Shown here in pieces: positions 46,406-57,061 of a DNA stretch of 64,000 nt. Below the pieces are notes generated by a model. It searched no databases and was not told the origin of the DNA. It worked only from the letters and a program-made list of their open reading frames with translations. A program made the position numbers and the translations under genes. The stretch's first letter is position 1. Each line of letters opens with the position of its first letter. Source of the DNA: a virus (taxonomy: Duplodnaviria > Caudoviricetes); the IMG/VR virus record IMGVR_UViG_2630968317_000001, positions 24,162 to 88,161 of that record, one strand, 5' to 3'.

Positions 46406-46627
46406 TTGGCAACGTTTGAGTCACGATACAAAGAATTAACGTTTTATGTAGGCGGCGCGCCTCGTAAGTTTTCGGACGGAATCTACGCGACTACAGATCC
46501 GGAAGAGATCGAGGTATTAACCGCACTCGTCGACGCTGTTTGCACGGCTGAAGACGAACCAAAAACGGAGGATAAACCGAAGCCGGCGCCAGCTAAAAAG
46601 CCCGCCAAGAAATCCTCCGCAAAATAA
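46406..46627 (+). CDS. Small head-associated protein
   Basis: RBS GGAGG; position. Confidence 0.7.
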   Translation: MATFESRYKELTFYVGGAPRKFSDGIYATTDPEEIEVLTALVDAVCTAEDEPKTEDKPKPAPAKKPAKKSSAK

Positions 46628-46642
46628 CAGGAGGTGAGGCGA

Positions 46643-47029
46643 TTGGCGGCTACGGTCGAAGGTGCAGACGAATATATCAATACGTTTTTAGTAGATACCG
46701 AGGATTGGATCGACGCAGATGAATCGAAGAAGAATCGGCTAATAAACCGAGCTTCTTCGACTTTGATGCGTGTTTTCCCTACGTACATCATACCCGACAG
46801 AGCGGTTTACGAGTTTGTTAACACATTGGCAATCGCGTACAACGATACCAACCGTCTGAACAAACACGGAATTTCTTCGTACTCAATCACGGGCGTCGCT
46901 GCGTTTAACTACAAGGATACGCTACGGAGCGAAGACGAAGACCTGATTCCGCGCGAGTCAATCAGCGCTATCGAAGAAGAAAACGGCGTTCAAATCGGAG
47001 GCAAACGCATCAGAAGGACGGTGCTGTAA
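46643..47029 (+). CDS. Head-tail adaptor
   Basis: ATVEGADEY; position. Confidence 0.7.
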   Translation: MAATVEGADEYINTFLVDTEDWIDADESKKNRLINRASSTLMRVFPTYIIPDRAVYEFVNTLAIAYNDTNRLNKHGISSYSITGVAAFNYKDTLRSEDEDLIPRESISAIEEENGVQIGGKRIRRTVL

Positions 47030-47368
47030 ATGGCGATCTTTCCTATGCGCCAAACTATTACGGTGAAGCGCCTATCTTCTGAACGAGACGTTTGGGGAAA
47101 CCCGATCGCCGAAGCCGAAGAGTTAACGCTAAAGTGCCGCATCGACGAAGGCTCTACCGCAGTCAAGTCACGAAACAATGGCGTCACTAAGTCCGAAGAA
47201 ACAGTCGCATCGGCTCGTATTCTACTAGATCGCCTTGCTGACGTACGCTACACCGATATTATTTCTTACACGAATGAACTCGGAGAAACGATGGAAAAGA
47301 GACCGAAGGAAATCAACGTTAAGAGACACATCGGCGGTAAAGCGATTCTGACGGAGGTGCTTCTATGA
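47030..47368 (+). CDS. Head closure / minor capsid protein
   Basis: DVWGNP...KCRIDE; position. Confidence 0.7.
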   Translation: MAIFPMRQTITVKRLSSERDVWGNPIAEAEELTLKCRIDEGSTAVKSRNNGVTKSEETVASARILLDRLADVRYTDIISYTNELGETMEKRPKEINVKRHIGGKAILTEVLL

Positions 47369-47775
47369 GTTTTACGTTTGATGCGAGTAACTTTATCAGC
47401 GGAATAAGTGCCGCCAGCCGAGGCGCACTCGAAGGCGCGGCACAAGCGCTTGGCGATTCAGGCGATGACCTCGCTAGGGTTGCGCAAAACATCGCACCGA
47501 TCGACAAAGGTACGTTGCGAAGTAGCGTTAAGAAGAAGTTTAAATTGACGGCAGGAAAAGCGTCGGTTGACGTTTCATTCAGAGCGGTTGAGGACGGCTT
47601 TAATTACGCAATTTGGACGCACGAAATGGACTACAAACTCGGACCGACGTCGGCAGGTGCTGGAGGTATTGACGGCTACGAGGTCGGAAACAAATACCTC
47701 GAAAGGCCATTACGCGGCAACGCGGATAAGTACGTTCGTTGGATTGCCGATGGTGCACGTGGAGGACTGACCTGA
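47365..47775 (+). CDS. HK97 gp10-like neck protein
   Basis: APIDKGTLRSS; YAIWTHE; KYLERPL. Confidence 0.8.
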   Translation: MSFTFDASNFISGISAASRGALEGAAQALGDSGDDLARVAQNIAPIDKGTLRSSVKKKFKLTAGKASVDVSFRAVEDGFNYAIWTHEMDYKLGPTSAGAGGIDGYEVGNKYLERPLRGNADKYVRWIADGARGGLT

Positions 47776-48149
47776 TGCGTATAGTCGAATTAATTAACTT
47801 CATAAAAGAGCGAGTCGACGGTGATTATTACGCAAATAAATTTTCAATAAGCGGCGAGGGAGCGGAAATATCCGTTAAATTAACGGGCGGCTTCCCGACG
47901 TCTAAGTACACCGGACTAAAGCGGCCGTCTTTTCAAATACTCGTGCGCGGCGAATCAAGAGACGGAGCAGGAGCGGAAGACAAGGCGTTTGAGCTATACG
48001 ATGCGCTTACGAATCTGTCCGAAGTTCAGATCGGCGAAAGCTCAATCGTACAGATACGCTGTAATAACTCGGCTCCGTTGTATTTAGGGGACGATGAATC
48101 CGATCGTCCAATATACTCATTAAATTTCGATTGCGTAGAGCGTCCTTAG
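47775..48149 (+). CDS. Tail terminator / completion protein
   Basis: PSFQILVRG; LGDDESDRPIYSLNF. Confidence 0.75.
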   Translation: MRIVELINFIKERVDGDYYANKFSISGEGAEISVKLTGGFPTSKYTGLKRPSFQILVRGESRDGAGAEDKAFELYDALTNLSEVQIGESSIVQIRCNNSAPLYLGDDESDRPIYSLNFDCVERP

Positions 48150-48191
48150 GGGCGCTTTTTATTTTGCGCAAATATAAAAGGAGGAAAATAG

Positions 48192-48734
48192 ATGGCGGCA
48201 GGAATTAGAGGAATTAACGTTCCTATCGGTCCGGCAATCGTCGAATTTGGCGAAGGTTCCGAGCTAGTTACGTTTGATATCACGAAAGGCGGCATCGTCT
48301 TCAAGGCGGAGACGTCAATTCAAGATACGACGGTCGATCAGTATGGGGACACCCCCGTCAAGTCGACGATGAAAGGTCGTAATGCGGAAGTAACGGTGCC
48401 TTTTGCGCTTCATGATTTAGAAAGATTAGCCGCAGCAATGCCGAATAGCCGACTCGTGAAAGACAGTACGGACCCGGCGAAGATGAAGTTAGTCGTTTCC
48501 GGTAAAGCAGGCTTCGATATGTTAGCGGCGGCTAAAAAGCTCGTTATCAAACCGACGGCTGCGGGTACAACACCAAACGACTACATTACGATCCCACTTG
48601 CGGGCGCTATGTCAGATCCGGAATACACGTACAACTCAGACGATGAGCGTATCGCAAATCTAACGTTCAAAGCGTACCCGGACACAGACAACGACGGCGA
48701 CCTATTTATCATGGGCGACGAAACAGCGGAATAA
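48192..48734 (+). CDS. Major tail tube protein
   Basis: ITKGGIVF; VDQYG; position. Confidence 0.8.
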   Translation: MAAGIRGINVPIGPAIVEFGEGSELVTFDITKGGIVFKAETSIQDTTVDQYGDTPVKSTMKGRNAEVTVPFALHDLERLAAAMPNSRLVKDSTDPAKMKLVVSGKAGFDMLAAAKKLVIKPTAAGTTPNDYITIPLAGAMSDPEYTYNSDDERIANLTFKAYPDTDNDGDLFIMGDETAE

Positions 48735-48790
48735 TAACAAAAGGCATCGCTTATCGGCGGTGTCTTTTTATTTTGAAAGGAGGTTACGCA

Positions 48791-49171
48791 ATGAGCTTAT
48801 TTGGTATCGGCACGAAAAAGGTATCAAGCGAACTTACACTCGGCGACAAAACGGTCCAAGTACCGAAACTAACGCCGGTCAAATGGAAGGAACTATTCGA
48901 AGTAGTCGATCGCTTGCCGCATTTATTCTTTACGGTTTTGAGCACAAACGGCCAAGACGATTTTGCAGCGACCCTAGTTGCGGCTATTAATCTAGCGATG
49001 GATGAAGTCGTAAAGATTGTCGCTGTCCTTTCCGGACTAGACAAAGACTACGTACATGAAAACGTCGGCACTGACGAGATTGTCGAGTTTTTAATCGCGG
49101 TCGTTGAAAAGAACCGTCTGCAATCCGTAGCAAAAAACCTGAAAAGCCTTCTTCCGAAAGTAGCGGAGTAA
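48791..49171 (+). CDS. Tail assembly chaperone (gpG-like)
   Basis: Between tail tube and TMP; slippery site near end. Confidence 0.78.
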   Translation: MSLFGIGTKKVSSELTLGDKTVQVPKLTPVKWKELFEVVDRLPHLFFTVLSTNGQDDFAATLVAAINLAMDEVVKIVAVLSGLDKDYVHENVGTDEIVEFLIAVVEKNRLQSVAKNLKSLLPKVAE

Positions 49172-49485
49172 GACGAACGGAAGAAGGCGAGTACACAATC
49201 GATGACTACTTAATAGATGCGGCAGTTCTGCTCGGCGTCACGCAGCGGCAGATAGAAAACGATTATTACATGGTTGATATTCCGAAAATCTTACGCTCCA
49301 AGACGAAGGCTAACGCGATAGATCGTCTGTCGATGATTTCGCTGCTTGTCGGTTCTGAGGGACGCGTTATGGATGATCGAGAATACCAACGGCTCGTAAA
49401 AGACTTACGTAAACAGGCCGGCTATGTTGACCGCGAAGAATTTGACCGTGAAAAGTTCGAGCAATTGCGGAACTTCTTTAAATAA
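49132..49485 (+). CDS. -1 frameshift extension of tail chaperone (gpGT-like)
   Basis: A-AAA-AAC at 49132-49138; -1 frame open from PEKPSS through MVDIPK to 49485. Confidence 0.7.
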   Translation, partial: KKPEKPSSESSGVRRTEEGEYTIDDYLIDAAVLLGVTQRQIENDYYMVDIPKILRSKTKANAIDRLSMISLLVGSEGRVMDDREYQRLVKDLRKQAGYVDREEFDREKFEQLRNFFK

Positions 49486-49506
49486 CGGAGGAAAGGAGGA
49501 AATCTA

Positions 49507-52311
49507 TTGGCGGGTGTATCAGTAGGCGAAATCACAGCGACACTGACGCTACAATCGAACCAATTTACGGCTGGCGTAGCGCAAGCCCAGGCGCAGATGC
49601 AACAGATGGGCAATTCGGCCAAGTCGTTAAGCTCGCAAATGGGCCTCGTACAGAAAGCGGCCTTAGCGGTCGGCGGCGCAGTCGTGGTCGGCATCGGAGC
49701 GTCTGCAAAAGCGGCGGCGAACTTCGAGCAGCAAATGAGCGCCGTCAAAGCGGTATCAGGCGCCACGGCCGACGAGATGAAGACGCTGACCGACCTCGCA
49801 ATCAAGCTAGGCGAATCGACGTCTTTTAGTGCGACCGAAACGGCGCAGGCGACCGAGGAACTTGTAAAGGCCGGCGTATCGACGAAGGACATCATAAACG
49901 GAGGCTTAGCGGGCGCGCTCGATCTAGCAGCGGCGGGCAACTTAAATCTTGCGGATGCGGCCGAAATTGCCAGTACGGCACTTAACGCGTTCAAGGCGGA
50001 CAGCTTATCGGTATCTGAAGCGGCCGACATTCTCGCAGGCGCAGCCAACGCATCGGCGACGGACGTAGGCGAAATGAAGTTCGGCTTGGCGCAGGTATCG
50101 GCAGTCGCGTCCGGAATTGGAATGTCGTTTAAAGACACGGCGACGGCGCTTGCGGTATTTGCGCAGAACGGAATCAAAGGTTCGGATGCCGGTACGTCAC
50201 TTAAAACGATGCTATCGCGATTAGAACCACAGACGAAGCAGCAAACGGAAGAAATGATGGAACTTGGCCTTATAACGTCGGATGGAACGAATAAGTTCTT
50301 CGACCAAGCCGGCTCACTGAAAGACTTGGCGTCTATTTCCGGTATTCTTCAAAATGCGTTCAAGGGGCTAACGGATCAGCAGCGACAGTCTTCGCTTCAA
50401 ACGTTATTCGGTTCGGATGCGGTCCGTGCTGGAACGGTGTTTTATAAAGAAGGCGCAAAGGGCGTTGAGGATATGGCGGCGGCCATGTCAAAAGTAACTG
50501 CGGCTGAAGTATCTAAAGTTAAGCTCGACAACTTCCTCGGATCAGTCGAAGAACTTAGCGGCGCAGTCGAAACGCTCGGTATTAAGCTCGGGAACGAGTT
50601 CTTGCCGCACCTACGGAAAATAGTCGATATTGGAGCCGATTTAGTTCGGGCTTTCAGTTCGATCAATCCTAGCGTGGTTGCGACAGGCTTGGCAATGGCG
50701 GGTACGTCGGCGGCGATCGCCCTTACGGCTTCTTCTGCGATAAAACTTGGCTTTGCATTGCGAGGTCTTTTCGCAGCGATGGGACCGGCTGGTTGGGTCA
50801 TAACTGGACTATCGATACTTGGCGGATTGTTAGTCGGAGTTTCTGCGGGTTATAAGGCGATGAACATGGTTAGCCTCGAAGCGGCAAACGCGAAGCAAAA
50901 GGAAGTCGACGGAATCAACAAGACGATCAAAGAATACGACGGACTTCAGGCGAAAATGAAGCTGACGAACGACGAGCTACTGCGCTACTTAGACAACAAG
51001 GACGCGCTTGCTAACGAGAAAGATTCGGCTGCGATTAAAAAGCTAAACGCTGAACAGGACGACCTCCGTAAAAACTCGGGGCTTACGAATAAAGAGTTCG
51101 ATCGGTTCTTAGTGCTGAACGATCAGATCATCAAGAAGTCACCGGAAACAGAAGCGGCTTTCTCGGCGCAAGGGAATGCGATCGCGAAGAACACCGAGGC
51201 GATGAAACGTTTGAGTGCGGAGAAAGCGGAAGAGTTGCGCTTGGAATTAGAGAAGCAGAAAACGATTGCTGAACGAAATATGGACGGTCAACTACAGAAA
51301 GAAAAGCAGCTTAAGCAGGAGATTAACGGAATCACAGAACAGCGTGCAGGCAAAGAACAGGCGGTCGCAAATCAATTAGCGACTGTAGAAAGTATCGAAC
51401 AGAAAATTGCGCAAGCAAAACAAAACGGGGACAAAGCAACGGCAAATATGCTCGAAGTAAATCTTGCGCAAGAGAAGCGTATTTTGGAGGCAAAGCAAAC
51501 CGAATTAGTAAAGAGTACGGAGTCTTTGCAGAAAAAACGTGCCAGCCTAGCGGAGACACAAAAGGAGCTTTCGAAACTCGATCAAGTTAACCAAAAAATG
51601 GTCCAATTAGAGCTTCGACAAGTCGGCCTTACTGCGAAAAAAGGGCAAGGGGTCGCAGTCCTAGATAGAGAGATAAGTAAACTTCGAGATGCTAGGGCAA
51701 ACCTCATCAACAATACGACTGAAGCGGACAAAAAGACGGCTGAATATCGAGAGTCCCTAGCCGCAATTGAGAGCGAGCTATCGCAGTTAGAGCGGACTAA
51801 GAACAAGGTTATCGAAATCACCGGCCAAGCATCGACTATGAACGCGGAACTCAGCAAAGACCTTAGTAAGCGAATCACGATTATCACAACGGACGTCACA
51901 CGTAAAACGGAACGAGCCGTCAGCCGTGGACGTGGGAACGAAGGTACGTATCACGTCGGGGGAATCGTCGGTAAACCGGCCGGAAAACTGCATTCAGGCG
52001 GTATGGCGTCCAAATTCGGAAATCCAATGAGCCGAGAAGTTGATATCCGCGCATTAAGGAACGAGATGGTCTTGACAGAAGCGCAGCAAGCGAATCTTTT
52101 CCGTATGATCGATGCGGGTCACACAGCCCGAATAACTTCGGCAGCAGGCGGCAACAGTCCGCAAATACAGGCGCACCTATCCAGTCTCGCAACTGCTATC
52201 GATTCTCTTAAAGGGCTTTCGGTGGTTATGGAGGGCGAAGTGGTCGGACGTATTGTCGAACCTCATGTAAGTAGACGGCAGATGGATGCTGTTAGAAGAA
52301 AAAGTTTCTAA
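49507..52311 (+). CDS. Tail tape measure protein
   Basis: 934 aa, Ala-rich; GIKGSDAGTSLK. Confidence 0.93.
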   Translation: MAGVSVGEITATLTLQSNQFTAGVAQAQAQMQQMGNSAKSLSSQMGLVQKAALAVGGAVVVGIGASAKAAANFEQQMSAVKAVSGATADEMKTLTDLAIKLGESTSFSATETAQATEELVKAGVSTKDIINGGLAGALDLAAAGNLNLADAAEIASTALNAFKADSLSVSEAADILAGAANASATDVGEMKFGLAQVSAVASGIGMSFKDTATALAVFAQNGIKGSDAGTSLKTMLSRLEPQTKQQTEEMMELGLITSDGTNKFFDQAGSLKDLASISGILQNAFKGLTDQQRQSSLQTLFGSDAVRAGTVFYKEGAKGVEDMAAAMSKVTAAEVSKVKLDNFLGSVEELSGAVETLGIKLGNEFLPHLRKIVDIGADLVRAFSSINPSVVATGLAMAGTSAAIALTASSAIKLGFALRGLFAAMGPAGWVITGLSILGGLLVGVSAGYKAMNMVSLEAANAKQKEVDGINKTIKEYDGLQAKMKLTNDELLRYLDNKDALANEKDSAAIKKLNAEQDDLRKNSGLTNKEFDRFLVLNDQIIKKSPETEAAFSAQGNAIAKNTEAMKRLSAEKAEELRLELEKQKTIAERNMDGQLQKEKQLKQEINGITEQRAGKEQAVANQLATVESIEQKIAQAKQNGDKATANMLEVNLAQEKRILEAKQTELVKSTESLQKKRASLAETQKELSKLDQVNQKMVQLELRQVGLTAKKGQGVAVLDREISKLRDARANLINNTTEADKKTAEYRESLAAIESELSQLERTKNKVIEITGQASTMNAELSKDLSKRITIITTDVTRKTERAVSRGRGNEGTYHVGGIVGKPAGKLHSGGMASKFGNPMSREVDIRALRNEMVLTEAQQANLFRMIDAGHTARITSAAGGNSPQIQAHLSSLATAIDSLKGLSVVMEGEVVGRIVEPHVSRRQMDAVRRKSF

Positions 52312-52323
52312 GGGGGTGAGCGG

Positions 52324-53751
52324 TTGAGTAACGCTAGCTTCATCAAAGCGATAGCGCCGGACGCGCAGAAAATATATCGAAATTACAACATACTCGCGTC
52401 GCTAGTCATTGCACAAGGGTGCCTAGAGTCCGGCTATGGTAATTCGGGCTTGGCTACGAAAGGTAAAAACCTATTCGGCGTCAAGGGTTCTTATAAAGGC
52501 GAGTCGATTCGGATGCTTACGTGGGAGGTTTATAACGGCCGTAACGTTCAGGTCTACGCCGACTTCCGTAAGTATCCGTCATGGTACGAATCAATGCAAG
52601 ACCTCGCGAAACTATACATTAATGGAACGAGCTGGGACCCGAATCACTACAAAGCCGTCGTCGGTCAAACGAACTATAGGAAAGCAACGAAGGCGCTCGT
52701 AAATGCCGGGTATGCAACGGACCCAGCGTATGCAACGAAACTGAACAATATTATCGCGACGCATAACCTGACGAAGTACGATACGAAGAAGACAACGGAT
52801 ACGAGTACCGATGTTGATAAGCCAGCGCAGCCGAAGCCGGAACCGACCGTTGTTGATATAGACGAAAACTTTAATGAAGATGCGTTCTCGCCGGATATTG
52901 TTTTCGGGCGATCTTCAGCGATTCCGCGTTCAGATGCAAACTTCCGAATTCAGTATCGCAATGGAACTATTATTGATATGGCGAGGGATCTATCGGTTCT
53001 AGTTCGAAGCTTGGTCGTTTCGGCCCCGTCTCCGAATATCACTTACGAAAACATACCGGGTAAAAACGGTTCTTATCGTACGGGCAAAGACTTCGGAAAT
53101 CGACGGATCACAGCCGAATGCACGATGTACGCCGAAGACGCAGCCGACTTCTACTTGCTACGCGACGAAATATATAACGCTCTCTACCAAGAATCCGAGT
53201 TTTATCTAGTCGCGGAAGGCAACCCGAAAAAACGTTGGCGAGTCGAATTGAGTGATTCTTTTGACCCGGAAAGAAGCGGAAGCGTGGCCGATTTTTCGCT
53301 AACATTCGAAAGCGCATCTCCTTACTGTGAATCGGTCGGAACGACGCAAGACCCGTTTACTTTTGATGCGAGTCTTTGGCAGTTCGGCGAAAACTTAGAA
53401 GATACTATTCCGGTCTATAAACATACGTCAAAGAGCTTCCGTATTTACAATGCGGGGGCTATTCGTATTGATCCGTTAGAGCTACCGTTCGTCATTTCGT
53501 ACAAGGGCGCTTCGTCTAAGTTAGAGATCACGAACAAAACGACGGGGGATGCGTGGCAATATACCGGAGATTCGACGGCTAAAGAGACGATTGTACTAGA
53601 CGGCGTCAAGTCGCGCAAGGAAGGTGTAAGTATCTTCGGAGATACAAACCGGCAGACGATTCGGCTCGAGCCGGGTTGGAACGAATTTATACTATCGGGA
53701 ACGAGCGGGTCATTCGAAATCAAATTCGATTTCCGATTCTATTATTTCTAG
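52324..53751 (+). CDS. Distal tail protein with N-terminal GH73 glucosaminidase domain
   Basis: AQGCLESGYG; NLFGVKG; FRKYPSW; GYATDPAYA, then Dit-like domain ending LEPGWNEF...RFYYF. Confidence 0.8.
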   Translation: MSNASFIKAIAPDAQKIYRNYNILASLVIAQGCLESGYGNSGLATKGKNLFGVKGSYKGESIRMLTWEVYNGRNVQVYADFRKYPSWYESMQDLAKLYINGTSWDPNHYKAVVGQTNYRKATKALVNAGYATDPAYATKLNNIIATHNLTKYDTKKTTDTSTDVDKPAQPKPEPTVVDIDENFNEDAFSPDIVFGRSSAIPRSDANFRIQYRNGTIIDMARDLSVLVRSLVVSAPSPNITYENIPGKNGSYRTGKDFGNRRITAECTMYAEDAADFYLLRDEIYNALYQESEFYLVAEGNPKKRWRVELSDSFDPERSGSVADFSLTFESASPYCESVGTTQDPFTFDASLWQFGENLEDTIPVYKHTSKSFRIYNAGAIRIDPLELPFVISYKGASSKLEITNKTTGDAWQYTGDSTAKETIVLDGVKSRKEGVSIFGDTNRQTIRLEPGWNEFILSGTSGSFEIKFDFRFYYF

Positions 53752-53762
53752 GAGGTGGCGCG

Positions 53763-55154
53763 GTGGAGCTACTTATAAAAACGGTAAGAGGCGAAGTCGA
53801 GGCGCTTACCGACTACGATTGTACGGTTCGGGAAACGGCCGAGAATGATAAATCGCTTGAAGTGTCTGTTCTAAGTACTGCAAACAATGATCACTCTTTC
53901 GGATTGATTGAGAACGAAAATATATTTGTTTGCGATGGAGAAGAGTTTGTAATCAAAACCACTAAACCGACAACCGCAGTAGATACAGTTAAAGTATCGG
54001 CAACTGCGATTTTTAAACCGATAATCGACCTCGCAGACAACTACGTTTATAGCAAAAGCGGAAAGAAGCGGAAAATGACCATTGACGACATGGTTACGAT
54101 CGCGCTTGAAGGATCAGGGTACTCATACGACATATCACCGGAAGGATTAGATGCTACGTTCGAACTCGAAGATTTCGGCGATGGTTTCTCTAACGACTTA
54201 CTACGCGACATACTTGATAAATACAAAGCGGAATACACCTTTGAAGGCAAAACGGTTGTCATCGCGAAGGAGTTGGCTCGCGATACCGACTATCAGATTC
54301 GTTATAAATTCAATTCCCGAGACGAATCGGTTGAGATCGATACGAGTTCGTTGAAGACGTATATTCGCGGCTATGGAAAACAGAACGACAAAACGAAAGC
54401 ATATGCGGTCGAACTTGAATACACGAGTCCGCTTGCCGAAATCTACGGAATTAAGCACGCTGCCCCTATTCGCGATGATGCTTACACCGACAAGAATGCC
54501 GACGAATTAGAACTCCGCTTACAGGAAGAACTAACGGATACAATCGAGCTGTCCTTGACGTTGACATATACGGAGCTACGGCATTTCGGCGTTCAAGACA
54601 TCCGCAAAGGTGACTACGTATGGTGCATGATCGATCCGTTCGGAATCAACAAGCGGATTAAGGTCGTCGGAGTCGAACGTTATTCAGATCCAAATAAGTC
54701 GCCAGTTTATACTTTCGGAAAAATTGTTGAGGAGATTAGCGATGTCGTTACAGATTTTAAAACCACAAAAAAACGGGTGTCCAAATTGTTTGATGCTTCC
54801 GGTAAGGTAAAAGGAACGACCATAGGAGCCGGAATACGCATCGGAAGTGACGCAAACTTTGACGATGGTTATGACCCGACAACTATTCCGAAGTACGGGC
54901 CGGCGACCGCGGTTTCTGACGGCTTGATGACGTCGGGCGATTTTCAGAAGCTACAAAGCATCGTAGTTGGTCCGGATGGTAAGCCGCAAGTAGACATGGC
55001 TAGCGCATCAAAAGCCGGCCTAATGTCGTCGGCAGATTTCATAAAACTATCGAAAATCATCGTCAGTTCTTCGGGGGCCAACGTTGATCTTAATAAATTA
55101 GTAACGGACCTAACGGCGCTTACTGCGAGAGTAGCCGCGCTGGAATCAAAATAA
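53763..55154 (+). CDS. Tail spike / Tal-like baseplate hub protein
   Basis: KTYIRGYGK; YTSPLAEIYG; DGLM repeats. Confidence 0.78.
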   Translation: MELLIKTVRGEVEALTDYDCTVRETAENDKSLEVSVLSTANNDHSFGLIENENIFVCDGEEFVIKTTKPTTAVDTVKVSATAIFKPIIDLADNYVYSKSGKKRKMTIDDMVTIALEGSGYSYDISPEGLDATFELEDFGDGFSNDLLRDILDKYKAEYTFEGKTVVIAKELARDTDYQIRYKFNSRDESVEIDTSSLKTYIRGYGKQNDKTKAYAVELEYTSPLAEIYGIKHAAPIRDDAYTDKNADELELRLQEELTDTIELSLTLTYTELRHFGVQDIRKGDYVWCMIDPFGINKRIKVVGVERYSDPNKSPVYTFGKIVEEISDVVTDFKTTKKRVSKLFDASGKVKGTTIGAGIRIGSDANFDDGYDPTTIPKYGPATAVSDGLMTSGDFQKLQSIVVGPDGKPQVDMASASKAGLMSSADFIKLSKIIVSSSGANVDLNKLVTDLTALTARVAALESK

Positions 55155-55166
55155 AGGAGGCACTAA

Positions 55167-57047
55167 ATGGCTAACGTATTTTTAAAGAGAATAGCGACGG
55201 CGTGGGATCGTATTGCGCGAAATAGCCTAAACGATAACTTTTCTAATATCGAGCAAGGTTTTACGAAAGCCACGGCTGAGCTAAACGCTCATAAAAACGC
55301 ATCGCCCGCACACAAGTCCGAGCAAATTCAGCACGGGCTTTTTACTGCCGCCAATCGCCTGGACAATTTAAACGCGCGCTTTGCGAACCTCGTCGTTAAT
55401 CATGATGGCGAAGATGTCAAAGAAGTCGTCGATCTTCGGGTGGCGCTCGATGCCTCTACGCATCCGACGGCGAAGGATCGCTTCGATTATGACTTCGCTA
55501 AGCTAATGAAGAAGATCGAAGACATGGCCGTATTTGTTTCGCTGCGTCCGTACTTAGAGAAATACGGAAACTTTGACGACGCAATGCAAGCGGCGCTGGA
55601 TCTGTCGAAATCAACGCCTATTACGCTTGTGGTTCCGCCTGGGAACTATACGCAGACTCGAACGCTTCGTATTTTTAGAAACACGCGATTGATCGTTCAA
55701 GGTGGCGCTGTTATCAAACGGAACTTTGTCGGCTCAATGCTGGTCAACGGACTCGAAACGGATAATTTTAGCGGATATAACGGTCATGGAAACATCGTGA
55801 TTGAGGGCGGCGGCACCTTCGACAGCAACGGAACTGTCATCAAGCAGCAATGCTCCGTATTTGGGTTCGCGCATGCTGACGGAATTATCATCCGAGACAT
55901 TACCGTATTGGATGTCGTAGGTGGTCACGCATTTGACTGCGCCGGCAACCAAAACGTATTGATCGAGAACGTTAAATTTAAAGGATACGCTGACTACGTA
56001 GGTGACCGATGGTTCTCGGCCGCCATTCAGATCGACCTAATGCGTTCTTCTGCAAACTTCGGCGCATTCGGTTCATATGACCAAACCGTCACGCGAAACA
56101 TTATTATTCGTGGAAACTACTTCGGAAAATCCAACAATCTCGGAGGCTGGGCGCGTGCGGTCGATTCCCATACGAGTACGGACGGTGTTTGGTATTCGGT
56201 CATCCGCATCTTAGACAACGTTATTGAGGACACGACGGAATACGCGATCAGCGGAAACAAGTGGTACGATACGCGCATTAGCGGAAACAAGATAAACAAC
56301 TGCGCTTCGGGAATCCGTATTCTACTGCCTTCCGTAACGTCTCAATATACGCAAGATGCAAACGGTAATCCGACGGGCCGCGTTAATAAGACGAAGCACC
56401 ACATTATCACCGAAAACACGATCACAAACATTACGAAGAACCATGCAATTCAGGTATACGGACGGAAAGGGTATCAAACGATCGACGACGTTGTTATCTC
56501 CGGAAACGTAATCGATGGCGTTGTAGAGCGTCACGGTATACACATTTCAGACGTTTACAACTATACGATCGCAAATAACATAGTCGATAACGTTGGACAC
56601 CACGGCATTCTTATAACGCGGAGCACATACGGTTCGGCTACGGCAAATACGCTCCGAAGCATTAAAGGTAACGGAATCCGTATCGAAGAGGGCTTGTGTA
56701 ATAACGTAACGGTCGCAAATAACATTCTGAAAGACGTCGGCTTTTCCGGAATCTCTGTATCAGGGGCGTCACAAAGAGTGCGCGTCTTTTTTAATACGCT
56801 CGTAGATGTAGGCACGCGAACGACGGAAAGCGATGGGTACGACGGCATCATCTTTTTGACCGGCGTTGAGCGATCTATGTGCGCATTTAATGACGTAACT
56901 GGTGCGACCATGCGCCACGGAATCTATTTAACGAATACTTGTTCGCAGATATCCACGTATGGAAACTACGTAAAGGGTGCAGGATCTGACGACAGCTACA
57001 ACGATAACAGCATCGACCCGATCACTTCGACTGAGAACGTAATTTAA
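55167..57047 (+). CDS. Right-handed beta-helix tailspike (putative depolymerase)
   Basis: VPPGNY; repeated IxxNxI / HGI motifs. Confidence 0.8.
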   Translation: MANVFLKRIATAWDRIARNSLNDNFSNIEQGFTKATAELNAHKNASPAHKSEQIQHGLFTAANRLDNLNARFANLVVNHDGEDVKEVVDLRVALDASTHPTAKDRFDYDFAKLMKKIEDMAVFVSLRPYLEKYGNFDDAMQAALDLSKSTPITLVVPPGNYTQTRTLRIFRNTRLIVQGGAVIKRNFVGSMLVNGLETDNFSGYNGHGNIVIEGGGTFDSNGTVIKQQCSVFGFAHADGIIIRDITVLDVVGGHAFDCAGNQNVLIENVKFKGYADYVGDRWFSAAIQIDLMRSSANFGAFGSYDQTVTRNIIIRGNYFGKSNNLGGWARAVDSHTSTDGVWYSVIRILDNVIEDTTEYAISGNKWYDTRISGNKINNCASGIRILLPSVTSQYTQDANGNPTGRVNKTKHHIITENTITNITKNHAIQVYGRKGYQTIDDVVISGNVIDGVVERHGIHISDVYNYTIANNIVDNVGHHGILITRSTYGSATANTLRSIKGNGIRIEEGLCNNVTVANNILKDVGFSGISVSGASQRVRVFFNTLVDVGTRTTESDGYDGIIFLTGVERSMCAFNDVTGATMRHGIYLTNTCSQISTYGNYVKGAGSDDSYNDNSIDPITSTENVI

Positions 57048-57061
57048 AGGGAGGAAAACGG

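Noticed and set aside
49422-50177. 251-aa minus-strand ORF and many similar antisense ORFs in the track
   Set aside because: Shadows of well-supported plus-strand genes, with no RBS or motifs
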